From: an uncultured Desulfobacterales bacterium
GTDB lineage: Bacteria > Desulfobacterota > DSM-4660 > Desulfatiglandales > JALVZP01
Length of the DNA: 62,441 nt
Assembly: GCA_964567535.1 (NCBI GenBank)
Contig: CAZMNC010000150.1
Coordinates: 1-62,441, forward strand
Direction of reading: 5' to 3'
Positions 1-10,275 of this stretch are shown here, piece after piece; positions within the stretch are counted from its first letter, which is position 1, and every line of letters starts with the position of its first letter. The notes beneath the pieces were generated by a model. That model saw only the letters and a list, made by a program, of their open reading frames with translations. It had not been told where the DNA came from and searched no databases. The position numbers were made by a program, and so were the translations under genes.

Positions 1-552
1 ATTATGAGGAATACCTGTTATATTAAGAATTTTATCATCGTGGAATGCTCCTATTATACCCACGCCTAAATGCAAGGCTTCAGCCTGTAAGAAAATATTT
101 TGAGCAATATGACCAGCTTCTATAATAGCATATCTAATCCCTCTTTCCCCGTATTTTACGGTAACCCTTCGATATTCTGCAGTTATAATAAATAAAATCG
201 GTGCATCTGCTATCCACATTTGGGATAATGATAACTCAGCTATATGTATTCTTATATCTTGAGTTAATATTATATTTATAGAATGATCTTCTGGATCATA
301 GTAGTATAAACCTTTATCTAAAGCATAAACACAGTCTTTACCTGTAGCCATATAAATATTCATTGGATATAGGGCTCCAGCAGATGGAACTGTTCTTCTA
401 AAACTTTTTGTTATACCATATGCTGCCCAAAATAGTTGAGATAATTGACTTAATGTCAAAGGCTTTGACAAAAAAGACCTTGTTGTTCTTCTATTCTTTA
501 TTGCCTCTTCTACACTTATATCTCCTTTAAATATTGGATCTGGCAACTTCAT
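1..552 (-). CDS. SagB/ThcOx-type nitroreductase-fold dehydrogenase, first 184 codons (3' end lies beyond the left window edge)
   Basis: Absent from the ORF track because no stop codon falls inside the window. Hand translation of the minus strand from ATG (552-550) gives MKLPDPIFKGDISVEEAIKNRRTTRSFLSKPLTLSQLSQLFWAAYGIT..RTVPSAGALYPMNIYMAT..GLYYYDPEDH..KYGERGIRYAIIEAGHIAQNIFLQAEALHLGVGIIGAFHDD, open to position 1. The RxSxR, PSAGALYP, EAGHxxQN and GxGaF blocks are the SagB-type nitroreductase signature. Confidence 0.8.
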   Translation of the reverse strand, partial: MKLPDPIFKGDISVEEAIKNRRTTRSFLSKPLTLSQLSQLFWAAYGITKSFRRTVPSAGALYPMNIYMATGKDCVYALDKGLYYYDPEDHSINIILTQDIRIHIAELSLSQMWIADAPILFIITAEYRRVTVKYGERGIRYAIIEAGHIAQNIFLQAEALHLGVGIIGAFHDDKILNITGIPHN

Positions 553-686
553 TGTTTTTATGTGCCTATAAAAAGTAACAAAAGTCAAGTTCTTATGAAG
601 ATCAAATAAATTTATGATATAATTTTAAATTGCATTGATTACAGATACAAATATAATAGAAAAAAATAAACTAACCAGACAAGATA

Positions 687-1442
687 ATGAAAGATTATTA
701 TAAGATATTGAATATTCCTCCTAATGCCACAAATAATGAAATAAAAAAGGCATATAGAAAGCTTGCCTTAAAATACCATCCCGACAGAAATCCTGGAGAT
801 CCTACTGCAGAAGAACGATTTAAAGATATATCAGAGGCATATGGTGTACTTATAGACCCAGTAAAAAGAAAACAATATGATGAGATAAGGACACGAAAAC
901 AAAAGGCTCAAAAATTTGGTTTTTCTCAAGAAAAGATATTCAAAGACATGTTTACAGAACCTCAATTTAGTCAAATATTTGATGAACTTTTTAAAGAATT
1001 TCATCGAATGGGTCTGCGATTTGATCAACAATTTTTTCAACGGATCTTCTTTGGTAAGAAGGGCATATTTTTTAGTGGCATATTTATATGGGGAACATTT
1101 AATAATAACTCATATAATAATACAAAGAAAGCTGAACCATTTATATTGCCAAAGATAAAACCTATTGACTTCATTAAAAAAGTAAAAGAAAAAATTAACG
1201 GATATCTTAACTTTAAGAAAGACTATCTTCCAAAACCAAAGGATACTTTTTATAAATTGACTTTAAAAGAAAAGGAAATAAGAGAAGATAAATGGGTAAA
1301 AATTGCTATTAATAAAGAAAATAAAACAGAGATTCTAAGAGTAAAAGTGCCAGCAGGAATACAATCTGGTAAACAACTTAGAATCAAAGGAAAAGGCTCG
1401 GGAGGTGGAGATTTATATCTTATAATCCATCTTAAACTATGA
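687..1442 (+). CDS. J-domain protein (DnaJ/CbpA-like, no zinc-finger domain)
   Basis: N-terminal J domain with HPD tripeptide ([35 protein letters not shown]). Phe-rich middle region. C-terminal DnaJ CTD-like segment ([33 protein letters not shown]). No CxxCxGxG repeats. Stop overlaps the next start (ATGA at 1439-1442). Confidence 0.85.
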   Translation: MKDYYKILNIPPNATNNEIKKAYRKLALKYHPDRNPGDPTAEERFKDISEAYGVLIDPVKRKQYDEIRTRKQKAQKFGFSQEKIFKDMFTEPQFSQIFDELFKEFHRMGLRFDQQFFQRIFFGKKGIFFSGIFIWGTFNNNSYNNTKKAEPFILPKIKPIDFIKKVKEKINGYLNFKKDYLPKPKDTFYKLTLKEKEIREDKWVKIAINKENKTEILRVKVPAGIQSGKQLRIKGKGSGGGDLYLIIHLKL

Positions 1443-3250
1443 AAAAAATAGCTCTTATTTCAACGCCATGGCCATTGTTTAATAGACCATCAATCCAACT
1501 GGGTACTCTTAAGGCATTCATAAAAGAGAATATTCCAGATGTACAAATAGATAACTATCATTTATATCTTTTTATAGCTCATAGATTAGGTTATGAACTA
1601 TACAATGCTATATCAGAAAGCACATGGTTATCTGAGCCATTATATGGTGCATTACTCTATCCTGAAAAAATAGATTCAATAAAAAAATTTTGGAATAGAT
1701 ATGCTTCACGGATTATTAATAAAAATAAAAAAAGATTTGATGATATCTATTCTTTATTAAAAGAAGAATCAGATTATCTATTGAATAGAATCCCTTGGGA
1801 TGAATATTTATTAATAGGCTTTTCTATATGTTTCTCGCAACTCACCAGTTCTCTTTATTTTATTAGATCCATAAAAAAGATAGTGCCCAATACCAAGATT
1901 GTAATAGGAGGGATTTCCTGTGCTGGTGATATGGGAAAAAGCCTAATGGATACATATAATGAAATAGATTTTGTCATTCAAGGTGAAGGAGAAAAACCTT
2001 TATTCCATTTAATTACATCTATTATTAAGTCTGATAATATAAATCCTTATCCAGGTCTTCTTTTAAGAGACAGTGAACACATAATAAATAATCCTATATG
2101 CCAAGTAGAGAATTTGAATAAACTTCCTGTCCCTGATTTTAAAGACTATTTCAAACAACTGGAAGACATAGCAAAACCAAAACCATTTCAACCAAAACTT
2201 TCTATGGAAATATCCAGGGGATGCTGGTGGAAAAAGTGTCGTTTTTGTAATCTTAATATCCAATGGAAAGGATATAGATCAAAATCTTCAGAAAGGGTGG
2301 TAAAGGAATTAAATCTGCTTGTTGAAAAATATAAAACATTATCAATATCTTTTATGGACAACTTACTTCCTCCTAACAAAAAAGACATATTTCAAGCTAT
2401 TATTAGGCTAAAAAAGGACTTTAAACTCTTTGCTGAAATAAGGGCTAATACTAAACTTGATGAACTATTAATAATGAAAGAAGCAGGCGTAGATGAAGTC
2501 CAAGTAGGCATTGAGGCATTAAGTTCAGGACTCTTAAAAAAAATGAACAAAGGCACAACTGCTATTCAGAATATAGAAATAATGAAAAATTGTGAGGCGA
2601 GAGGAACCCCAAAGCTTATTGGAAATCTTATATTTCAATTTCCAGGAAGTGATGAGAAAGATGTTAGAGAAACTATAAAAAATTTAGATTTTGTTTTTCC
2701 TCTAAGACCTTTAAATGGGGTTTCATTTTGGTTAGGATATGGATCTTATATATGGAAAAACCAAGACCTTTTTAATATAAAAACAATAACAAATCATAGA
2801 AATTATTCTTTTATTTTTCCAGAAGATCTACTTAATAACCTAATTTTCATGATTCAAGGTTATCAGGGCGAAATAAAAAACCAAAAAAAAATATGGAAAC
2901 CTGTAAAAGACAAAATAAAAAAATGGAAAAAATTTTATAATGAAATGCACAAAACACCAGATAGTGACCCTATATTAAGTTATCAGGATGGTGGAAATTT
3001 TCTCATTATACGTCAAAGAATTTCACAAAACAAAAATATAGTGCATAGACTGAAAGGGCTATCCAGAGAAATATTTTTATACTGCCAACACAACCGATCT
3101 GTATCAGAGATATTAGGATACTTTAATGGACTAAGCGAGCTAAAACTCATGCCATTCTTAAAAATGATGACAGAAAAGAAACTGATGTTTTGTGAAAGAG
3201 ATAGATATTTAAGCCTTGCTATTCCCTTAAAAGGCTGGAGACATTATTAA
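1439..3250 (+). CDS. Cobalamin-binding-type (class B) radical SAM enzyme, resembling RiPP-maturation radical SAM C-methyltransferases
   Basis: 603 aa. The N-terminal region (IALISTPWP..) resembles a B12-binding domain. The Cys triad [15 protein letters not shown] (TGC 2222, TGT 2237, TGT 2246) has C-x4-C-x2-C spacing. Size and the CWW..C.FC.LN block recall the family annotated as RiPP maturation radical SAM C-methyltransferase; this is from memory and needs an HMM check. Confidence 0.75.
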   Translation: MKKIALISTPWPLFNRPSIQLGTLKAFIKENIPDVQIDNYHLYLFIAHRLGYELYNAISESTWLSEPLYGALLYPEKIDSIKKFWNRYASRIINKNKKRFDDIYSLLKEESDYLLNRIPWDEYLLIGFSICFSQLTSSLYFIRSIKKIVPNTKIVIGGISCAGDMGKSLMDTYNEIDFVIQGEGEKPLFHLITSIIKSDNINPYPGLLLRDSEHIINNPICQVENLNKLPVPDFKDYFKQLEDIAKPKPFQPKLSMEISRGCWWKKCRFCNLNIQWKGYRSKSSERVVKELNLLVEKYKTLSISFMDNLLPPNKKDIFQAIIRLKKDFKLFAEIRANTKLDELLIMKEAGVDEVQVGIEALSSGLLKKMNKGTTAIQNIEIMKNCEARGTPKLIGNLIFQFPGSDEKDVRETIKNLDFVFPLRPLNGVSFWLGYGSYIWKNQDLFNIKTITNHRNYSFIFPEDLLNNLIFMIQGYQGEIKNQKKIWKPVKDKIKKWKKFYNEMHKTPDSDPILSYQDGGNFLIIRQRISQNKNIVHRLKGLSREIFLYCQHNRSVSEILGYFNGLSELKLMPFLKMMTEKKLMFCERDRYLSLAIPLKGWRHY

Positions 3251-4167
3251 TGGAAAATTTTATCCACTATTTTCCTATTTCAGGAGTAAAGACATGTATA
3301 TTTCTCCCTCCAGTAGTTATGCTTTTAATATCATCTGCGGTATCCCTGGGAGGAATATCAGGAGCATTTATATTATTGCCATTCCAAATGAGTATTTTAG
3401 GTTATACAACGCCAGGAGTAAGTGCAACAAATTTTGTTTATAACATAGTAGCCATACCATCAGGAATATATAAGTATTTTAAAAATAGACAACTTTCGTG
3501 GACTATATCTTTAAGTGTTATGATTGGTGCTATTCCAGGAATATTTATTGGATATTATATAAGGATAAAATATCTTCCAGATCCAGTCCATTTTAAAATA
3601 TTTGTAGGATCTATTCTCGGACTTTTGGGCATAAAAGTATTAAAAAGTGCAATTAATAATTACAAAAAAAATATTTATAATATGTATATAAAAAAAAACT
3701 ATTTTTCTATTGTAAAGGAAAATTTAGGTATTTTTAAATCTGAGATATATTTAGAAAATAGCTATTATAGATTTAATACACTTTTTTTAAGTATTATATC
3801 GTTTGCTGTAGGAATTATTGGCACTTCTTATGGTATCGGAGGAGGAGCAATTCTTGCTCCGTTTTGTGTATCTGTGCTGGAACTTCCTGTATATATTGTA
3901 TCAGGTGCCGTACTCTTTTCCACATGGATAAACTCTGTTATTGCTGCTATTGTATATTCAAGCCTATCCCATAAAATGGGAGTTGATGCATTTCCAGACT
4001 GGCAATTGGGAATACTATTCGGAATAGGTGGGATATTTGGTGTATATATAGGATCATCTCTTCAAAGATGGGTTCCTGAGAGGATAATAAAATTTATATT
4101 AGGTATAGTACTTATATTCATATGTATTGAATACATGAAAACATTAAAGGCTTTTCTTGAAAGTTAA
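3250..4167 (+). CDS. TauE/SafE-family anion (sulfite/sulfonate-type) permease
   Basis: 305 aa polytopic membrane protein made of two repeated halves. Gly-rich helices (GGISGAFILLPF, YGIGGGAILAPF) are typical of TauE/SafE (DUF81). Start overlaps the radical SAM stop (TAATG). Confidence 0.7.
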   Translation: MENFIHYFPISGVKTCIFLPPVVMLLISSAVSLGGISGAFILLPFQMSILGYTTPGVSATNFVYNIVAIPSGIYKYFKNRQLSWTISLSVMIGAIPGIFIGYYIRIKYLPDPVHFKIFVGSILGLLGIKVLKSAINNYKKNIYNMYIKKNYFSIVKENLGIFKSEIYLENSYYRFNTLFLSIISFAVGIIGTSYGIGGGAILAPFCVSVLELPVYIVSGAVLFSTWINSVIAAIVYSSLSHKMGVDAFPDWQLGILFGIGGIFGVYIGSSLQRWVPERIIKFILGIVLIFICIEYMKTLKAFLES

Positions 4168-4216
4168 AACTATATATGTCATATTATTAGAAAGTCTAAA
4201 TTTAGATTAAAAGATT

Positions 4217-4582
4217 ATGGTTTACCTAACAAATAAACACAGAATTATAGGTAATATTTTGATATTATTTATAATTTTTCTCTCATCCGTATGTTCTGGT
4301 AAAAGTTTAATAAAAATTAAACATAAATCTTTATTAAAAATCCTCGAAAAATATACAAAGAAAGGATTTGATATAATAGGTCCTGCACAAATCGTTAAGG
4401 TATCGTCAAATAATATTATAGTTTATAATATTGGTAGTTTTTCCAAAGACAACAAGACTATAATTATTAATGAAAAAGGTAAGCCTACCAAATTATATGA
4501 TAATGATTGGATATATATATTAAAAAGGAACAAGCATATTATATTTATAAAGATACACAAAGAAGACAATAAAAATGAGTAA
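4217..4582 (+). CDS. Small membrane-anchored/secreted hypothetical protein, translationally coupled to the PilY1-like gene
   Basis: 121 aa with an N-terminal hydrophobic segment (IIGNILILFIIFLSSVCSG). 8-nt overlap with the next gene. No recognisable family. Confidence 0.5.
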   Translation: MVYLTNKHRIIGNILILFIIFLSSVCSGKSLIKIKHKSLLKILEKYTKKGFDIIGPAQIVKVSSNNIIVYNIGSFSKDNKTIIINEKGKPTKLYDNDWIYILKRNKHIIFIKIHKEDNKNE

Positions 4583-7500
4583 AAAACAATATCTGCTTTT
4601 CCTTGTTGTTATTATATTAACTTATCCTTTTACTTTACTTGCTAGTATGAGCGATTACTGCTCTACTCCCCCCTTTCTAACAACTGCTGTTAAAAGTAAT
4701 GCATTGCTTGTTATGGATTTTTCTGGAAGTATGCAATTTCCAGCATATTATGGATATGCATTTTATGGTTATTATTCAAGTAAAGTAGCTATGTGCGGAT
4801 ACGATGGTGATATATATGCCAATTATGATCCAAGTATTTATTATTATGGCTATTTTGAGTCAGACAAATATTATAGATATAACTCTTCAGGTGGATATTG
4901 GGAAGTAAACTCTGCTTGCACAAATACGGATAAAATAGGTAGCGGAAGCTGTATATCTGGAAATTTACTTAACTGGCTGATTATGACAAGAATAGATGTA
5001 GCCCTGAAAGCTCTTATTGGAGGAAAAGCAACTTGTGACACAAATTATTGTTATTTGAGACCACAAGGGTCCAGAAGATATGTAAGGAGTTCAAGTTTAC
5101 ATTGTAAATTTTATATAAGACCAAATAGTTATTACACTGGAGACTATGCATCCAAGGATATTTTAATAAATGTATATAATTATAATGGAAGCTGTGCTAT
5201 TGGCACATTTAGTAATAGATATGCAAAAGTAAAGATAGATAAAGAGCATCGAAATGGAATAATTCAGAACAATTTCAATCTTGTAAGATTTGGATTTATG
5301 GTGTTTGCAAGTAATCATAGATATGGAGAAATTAGATATGGATTTAATGAAAATGATATGGATACATTGATTTCAAAAATACAAAATGAGGTTCCATACT
5401 ATGGAACACCTACAGGAGAGGCGCTCTGGGAAGCATATGATTATTTAAGGCAGATAAACAGTCACAGATATGAACGCAACTCAAGTTATATAAGTAGAGG
5501 CACTATTAAAGATCCATATTATGAAAGATTGGAGGACGGTAGCCTTGTCCCTGTTAGATGCAGAAAGAACTTTGTAGTTCTTATCTCTGATGGAGAGTGG
5601 AATGGCCATGTTGATCCTGTAAGACCAGCTTATTATTTGCACACAGGTGATTTAAGAAGTGATCTAAGTGGCACTCAAACAGCAAAGGTATTTACATTAT
5701 TTGCTTTTGCCACTTCTGTGCAAGGTGAGCGTTCTATGAAAACTATATCAGCATTTGGAAGTTTTCAAGAAATTAATGGATGTAGCACTAATTGGCCTTA
5801 TACATTTAGCGGATTTCCAACAAACAGTAGATATGTGAGCTTCCCACGAACTCATTGTACACCTTCAATAAACTATAAGAACTGCTGCAATGAATGGGAT
5901 GAAAAGGATAATAATGGTATTCCTGACACCTATTATGCCGCTACTAATGGAGCAGCCTTACAAAATGCCCTAACAGAGATATTTCAAGAAATTGTAAAAC
6001 AGACCTCATCAGGAAGCGCTGCCAGTATCCTTTCAAAAGAAGCAGAAGCAGGTTCAGTCATGCTTCAAGCAGTATTTTATCCTCAAAAACAGTATGGAAC
6101 TGGATCAAGTGCAAAAGAGATAAACTGGACAGGTTACTTATATGACTGGTGGCTTTATACAGGAAAAATAAATGGCGAACCCATAAATAATATAAGAGAG
6201 GACACTATTCAAAATCAAATTTTAGATATATGTGAAGATGATAGTTCTCCAGGAGGAGATTATATTATGGAATATATATTCCAAAATGGCCAGCTTACAA
6301 TAGACGCATATAAAAGCAATTCAATTGGACAAAAGGCATATTCATCTCCCGATGTTACATATTCAAGCTTGGATGATACTCACCCCGTATGGGAAGCAGG
6401 TATTAATTTGTGTACAGAATCGAACCCATTAATTAATAGAATAATTTATACTGTTACTGGTGAATTAGAACCATCAAGTCCAGTATTAATGACAGAATTA
6501 AAAGATATAAATAACACCCCAAGTAAAAAATTTTCAAAATTATTTGGTGATGATAATGGTGATGGAGATATTGATGAATATAGTGAGACATATACACCCT
6601 CCACAGAAATAAGCTTTTCTAATCTGAAAAGGTATATATATGGAATAGAAATATCTGGCACCAGAAGTAGAAAAATAAATACAGGTAATACATGGAAACT
6701 GGGCGATATAATATATTCAACTCCAAAAATAGCAAATTATGATAATCTATCAGTGGCATTTGTTGGTGCTAATGATGGCATGATACATGCCTTTAGGATA
6801 GGAAAACTCAGGTATGATGACCTAAATGCCTACCAACAAGTCAAACTAAGAGATAGTAAAACAGAAGATGATACAAGCAAACTAGGAAAAGAAATATGGG
6901 CATTTATACCTAAGAATGTACTTCCATACTTAAGATTCTTGGCCGATCCAAATTACTGTCACCTATATTATGTAGATTTGTCTCCCTATATAATAGAAAT
7001 TGATACTAATCAGGATGGAGAAATAGACAAAAGAATATTAATAGGAGGAATGAGACTTGGAGGGGCAGTTGGATGTAGTGGTACAAATTGTGTTAATCCA
7101 CCTCGAGATACATGTTCTAATCCATCAAACTATAATCCAAATAGAGATCCTTCTACCACTACTCCAGGATGTATAGGTTTATCATCATACTTTGCATTAG
7201 ATGTAACAAATCCTGAGTCTCCCTATTTTCTGTGGGAATTTAGTAATCCTGACCTTGGATTCAGCTATACAGGACCAGCCTTTATAAAACGAAAAGATTC
7301 CAGCGGAAGTTGGCATTATTACATAATGTTTGTATCTGGCCCTACCACATATAATGGAGAATCAGCACAAGACTTGAGAATATTTATTTTAAGATTAAAT
7401 AATAATTTTACCATCTCATCCAAGATAGTTATAGATGGCAATAATACCTATAGCATAAGTGGATTTTCACACAAAAAAGATCCAGATTTATCTACATTTA

Positions 7501-8372
7501 ACAATAGTTTTGGAGGAAGACTTTTTAGTGAAGGAATAGATTACAATGAAGATGGAAATACTGATATGGTATTTTTTGGTGTTACAAAAAAATCTGGTAG
7601 TACATGGCATGGAAATTTAGTAGGTGTTAAAATCAATGACATTGATCCTATCAATTGGGACGTAATAAAAGTATTCAACAGTGCCATAAAACCTATAACA
7701 GCAAAGATAGAATATATGAAATGCTTTAATATGAATTACATATTTTTTGGAACAGGAAGATACTTTTATAAGGAAGATGATCCAGGCCAAAATGCAAATG
7801 ATGTAGAAAGATTATATGGAGTAAGAATAGATGAATGCTTACAAGGAGGAAATTGCCATATAAATGCAGCTCATTCCAGTTCCATGGCATGTATGGCATT
7901 AACAGGAGGGAGAAGTAGAAATCAATTATTTTCATGGTATCAAAAGTTAAATCCAAAAGAAAGCGGTTATTTTAAAGAAAGAAATATATCTGATCCATCT
8001 ATTTCAAATTCAAATACTATATTTTTTAGTACAACAGAACCCACATCTGATTTATGCAGTTATGGAGGTCGTTCAAGGATATGGGGACTTAATTGCGCTA
8101 CAGGAGAAGCTCTTAATAATCAGAGCTGTCCCCCATATGTAGTAAATGAAATAAAAGGTACAGCATATCTACAGACCTCTATAGGAAAAATAAATGCGTA
8201 TCCTATATCTATTGGAGGAAGTGGTGGAGGTAATAATCCTTTTACTAATAAAGAAGGAAAAGTAACTCCTTGGACACCCGGCGTTACACCTGAAAGTCCT
8301 ACCCCATTTTTTTCACCTTCTTCTGGCACTACTGGCTCAAGAGGAAAAATCCTTTATTGGTTAGAACATTAA
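4575..8372 (+). CDS. pilY1: PilY1-like type IV pilus tip adhesin with N-terminal vWA/MIDAS module
   Basis: 1265 aa with a signal peptide. MIDAS-type DFSGS at 4716-4730. Three Dx[DN]xDGxxD calcium-loop motifs: DDNGDGDID (6549-6575), DTNQDGEID (7002-7028), DYNEDGNTD (7539-7565). PilY1-type blocks NDGMIHAF, GGMRLGG, FALDVTNP. Followed directly by four prepilin-type genes. Confidence 0.8.
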   Translation: MSKKQYLLFLVVIILTYPFTLLASMSDYCSTPPFLTTAVKSNALLVMDFSGSMQFPAYYGYAFYGYYSSKVAMCGYDGDIYANYDPSIYYYGYFESDKYYRYNSSGGYWEVNSACTNTDKIGSGSCISGNLLNWLIMTRIDVALKALIGGKATCDTNYCYLRPQGSRRYVRSSSLHCKFYIRPNSYYTGDYASKDILINVYNYNGSCAIGTFSNRYAKVKIDKEHRNGIIQNNFNLVRFGFMVFASNHRYGEIRYGFNENDMDTLISKIQNEVPYYGTPTGEALWEAYDYLRQINSHRYERNSSYISRGTIKDPYYERLEDGSLVPVRCRKNFVVLISDGEWNGHVDPVRPAYYLHTGDLRSDLSGTQTAKVFTLFAFATSVQGERSMKTISAFGSFQEINGCSTNWPYTFSGFPTNSRYVSFPRTHCTPSINYKNCCNEWDEKDNNGIPDTYYAATNGAALQNALTEIFQEIVKQTSSGSAASILSKEAEAGSVMLQAVFYPQKQYGTGSSAKEINWTGYLYDWWLYTGKINGEPINNIREDTIQNQILDICEDDSSPGGDYIMEYIFQNGQLTIDAYKSNSIGQKAYSSPDVTYSSLDDTHPVWEAGINLCTESNPLINRIIYTVTGELEPSSPVLMTELKDINNTPSKKFSKLFGDDNGDGDIDEYSETYTPSTEISFSNLKRYIYGIEISGTRSRKINTGNTWKLGDIIYSTPKIANYDNLSVAFVGANDGMIHAFRIGKLRYDDLNAYQQVKLRDSKTEDDTSKLGKEIWAFIPKNVLPYLRFLADPNYCHLYYVDLSPYIIEIDTNQDGEIDKRILIGGMRLGGAVGCSGTNCVNPPRDTCSNPSNYNPNRDPSTTTPGCIGLSSYFALDVTNPESPYFLWEFSNPDLGFSYTGPAFIKRKDSSGSWHYYIMFVSGPTTYNGESAQDLRIFILRLNNNFTISSKIVIDGNNTYSISGFSHKKDPDLSTFNNSFGGRLFSEGIDYNEDGNTDMVFFGVTKKSGSTWHGNLVGVKINDIDPINWDVIKVFNSAIKPITAKIEYMKCFNMNYIFFGTGRYFYKEDDPGQNANDVERLYGVRIDECLQGGNCHINAAHSSSMACMALTGGRSRNQLFSWYQKLNPKESGYFKERNISDPSISNSNTIFFSTTEPTSDLCSYGGRSRIWGLNCATGEALNNQSCPPYVVNEIKGTAYLQTSIGKINAYPISIGGSGGGNNPFTNKEGKVTPWTPGVTPESPTPFFSPSSGTTGSRGKILYWLEH

Positions 8373-8373
8373 T

Positions 8374-8850
8374 ATGCCAAAAGGACTTACTTTAATAGAA
8401 CTTTTAGTTATACTAATCATCGTAGGAATACTTTCCGCAATATCTATTCCTATATACAGGGATTGGATAAAAAAGGTAGGTATAGAAAATGATACAAGAT
8501 CCATATTTTCTATACTAAATGAAGCAAAAGCCAGATCTTTTGCAGAAAAGAGGGTATGTGGAATTATATTTAATGGAAATATTATAGAGCTCAAATGCGA
8601 TACAAATGCCGATGATAATATAACAGATGAGACAACAATCATAAACAAGATAAGGATAAAAAATAATTTTATAAAAAATTTTTCAGGAGGTGTTTCATAT
8701 ATTAAATTTTCTGAAAATGGAACAGCATCTATCATAGGAAATATACATGCTGCAGATATCAGTACAAATCCTTCATATAGTTGTATAAATATATCTTTAA
8801 CACGTATAAAAATAGGTAAATGGGATGGCAGTAGCTGCAATATTAAATAA
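8374..8850 (+). CDS. Type IV minor pilin, FimT/GspH-like
   Basis: Prepilin leader MPKG|LTLIELLVILIIVGIL with Glu at +5. Size and position match the first minor pilin after PilY1. Confidence 0.75.
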   Translation: MPKGLTLIELLVILIIVGILSAISIPIYRDWIKKVGIENDTRSIFSILNEAKARSFAEKRVCGIIFNGNIIELKCDTNADDNITDETTIINKIRIKNNFIKNFSGGVSYIKFSENGTASIIGNIHAADISTNPSYSCINISLTRIKIGKWDGSSCNIK

Positions 8851-9202
8851 TAAGAAGGGATTTACTATTGTGGAACTTCTTATTAGTATGCTGATATTAT
8901 CTATTATATTAATAGCCCTTACTCACTCATTGGCTGTATACATGCAATATAATGTTATTAACACCTTAAGAAATGAAGCTATCAAGATTGCACAAGGATG
9001 TGCAGAAAAAATTAGAACTGGTCAAAGTTGTTCAAATAGCATAACTGTAAATTTTAGAAAATTTACAGTAAGATTTAACATAACAGCTCCTAATCCTGTA
9101 ACTTTTTCATCTGGCACAAATGATGTGCTCATTAATGTAAACTATAGATATGGAAAAAAAACATATAGCTATACTTTGAGAACAGTAATATATAAAGAGT
9201 AA
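8825..9202 (+). CDS. Type IV minor pilin, PilV-like
   Basis: Leader ..NNKKG|FTIVELLISMLIL with Glu at +5. 125 aa. Confidence 0.65.
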   Translation: MAVAAILNNKKGFTIVELLISMLILSIILIALTHSLAVYMQYNVINTLRNEAIKIAQGCAEKIRTGQSCSNSITVNFRKFTVRFNITAPNPVTFSSGTNDVLINVNYRYGKKTYSYTLRTVIYKE

Positions 9203-9206
9203 TTTA

Positions 9207-10271
9207 ATGGAGGAAAAAGGTCTTACTATAATAGAACTTTTGGTCACTATGGCCCTTTTAGGTATTGTTATAACTGCAGTTATAGAAAGTTACACTACTA
9301 TTTTAAAAACACAAGTACAACAGGAAAGCATAGCAAAAGCTAATATAGAGGAAGGGATTAGTTTAGAGATTTTGAGAAAAGATATAGAGATGGCAGGATT
9401 TGGCTTGCCATGGGATATGAATGGGTTTTCATATAATGAGGCATCCAGCAGTTCTACATATATCCCTGATCCTGCAACCTTCAATGATAATCCTTATAAT
9501 CCTCCAAGACCCTTTGTAAATTCAAATAATGGTAATATCTTAGCAAATAACTCAGATGTATTAATAATAAAATCCACAATTGTGGGATTAAGTACTGTAA
9601 GCCATAGGTGGGGATATGTATCAAATGATGGTGTAAATATATCGTACCATCCTTTAAGCCCTGATACATCTTATTCAGGTTATTTTGTGGTTCTTGATAA
9701 AAATAGAAAACTGGAATCAAAAGATTATCAAGCCTCCGTATCCACTCCACCTAATTTTCCAGATAACCTTATTACTGGAGATATATATTTTGCTTTTGGG
9801 ATTAGTAATAGTGACCCTCGTATGCCTTTTAATAGAGTTGATTATTATTTAAAAAAGCCATCCTCAGGATTCCCAAAAAGATGCTCCCCTAATACATATG
9901 AATTGTATAGAGCTACTATAAATAACTCTGATGGACAAAGAAATCCTCAACCTATATTAGATTGTGTAAAAGATTTTCAAATAGTATTTGGTATAGATAA
10001 TAATAATGATAATTCTATCGATTCATGGAGTTCTGATCTTCCATCAAGTGCCTCTGATATAAGGAATAAACTTAAACAAGTTAGAATATTTGTCATATAT
10101 CAAGAAGGCAAAAAAGAATCGAATTATATTTTTAATGGGAGTTTAACATTGGGAGATAACGACACAGGTATTATTAAAACATTTACGCCTTCAGGTGATG
10201 ATATCCATTATAGATGGAAAATATTAAGATTAGTCGTAACACCTTTAAACCTTAAGCCTCAACAAAGATAA
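9207..10271 (+). CDS. Type IV minor pilin, PilW-like
   Basis: Leader MEEKG|LTIIELLVTMALLGIV with Glu at +5. 354 aa, the size and operon position typical of PilW. Confidence 0.65.
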   Translation: MEEKGLTIIELLVTMALLGIVITAVIESYTTILKTQVQQESIAKANIEEGISLEILRKDIEMAGFGLPWDMNGFSYNEASSSSTYIPDPATFNDNPYNPPRPFVNSNNGNILANNSDVLIIKSTIVGLSTVSHRWGYVSNDGVNISYHPLSPDTSYSGYFVVLDKNRKLESKDYQASVSTPPNFPDNLITGDIYFAFGISNSDPRMPFNRVDYYLKKPSSGFPKRCSPNTYELYRATINNSDGQRNPQPILDCVKDFQIVFGIDNNNDNSIDSWSSDLPSSASDIRNKLKQVRIFVIYQEGKKESNYIFNGSLTLGDNDTGIIKTFTPSGDDIHYRWKILRLVVTPLNLKPQQR

Positions 10272-10275
10272 GGAA

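Noticed and set aside
3250-4167. Possible functional link between the TauE/SafE-type sulfite/sulfonate permease and the ComA sulfolactate module
   Set aside because: The genes are about 48 kb apart and sit in different operons with unrelated partners. Nothing in the sequence connects them, so the idea is noted but not claimed.
8361-8840. 159-aa ORF on the minus strand, opposite the FimT/GspH-like pilin gene
   Set aside because: It lies almost entirely antisense to a gene with a clear prepilin leader. Its sequence is low-complexity Ile/Phe/Ser-rich, as expected from reading AT-rich coding DNA backwards. It has no RBS and no recognisable motif.
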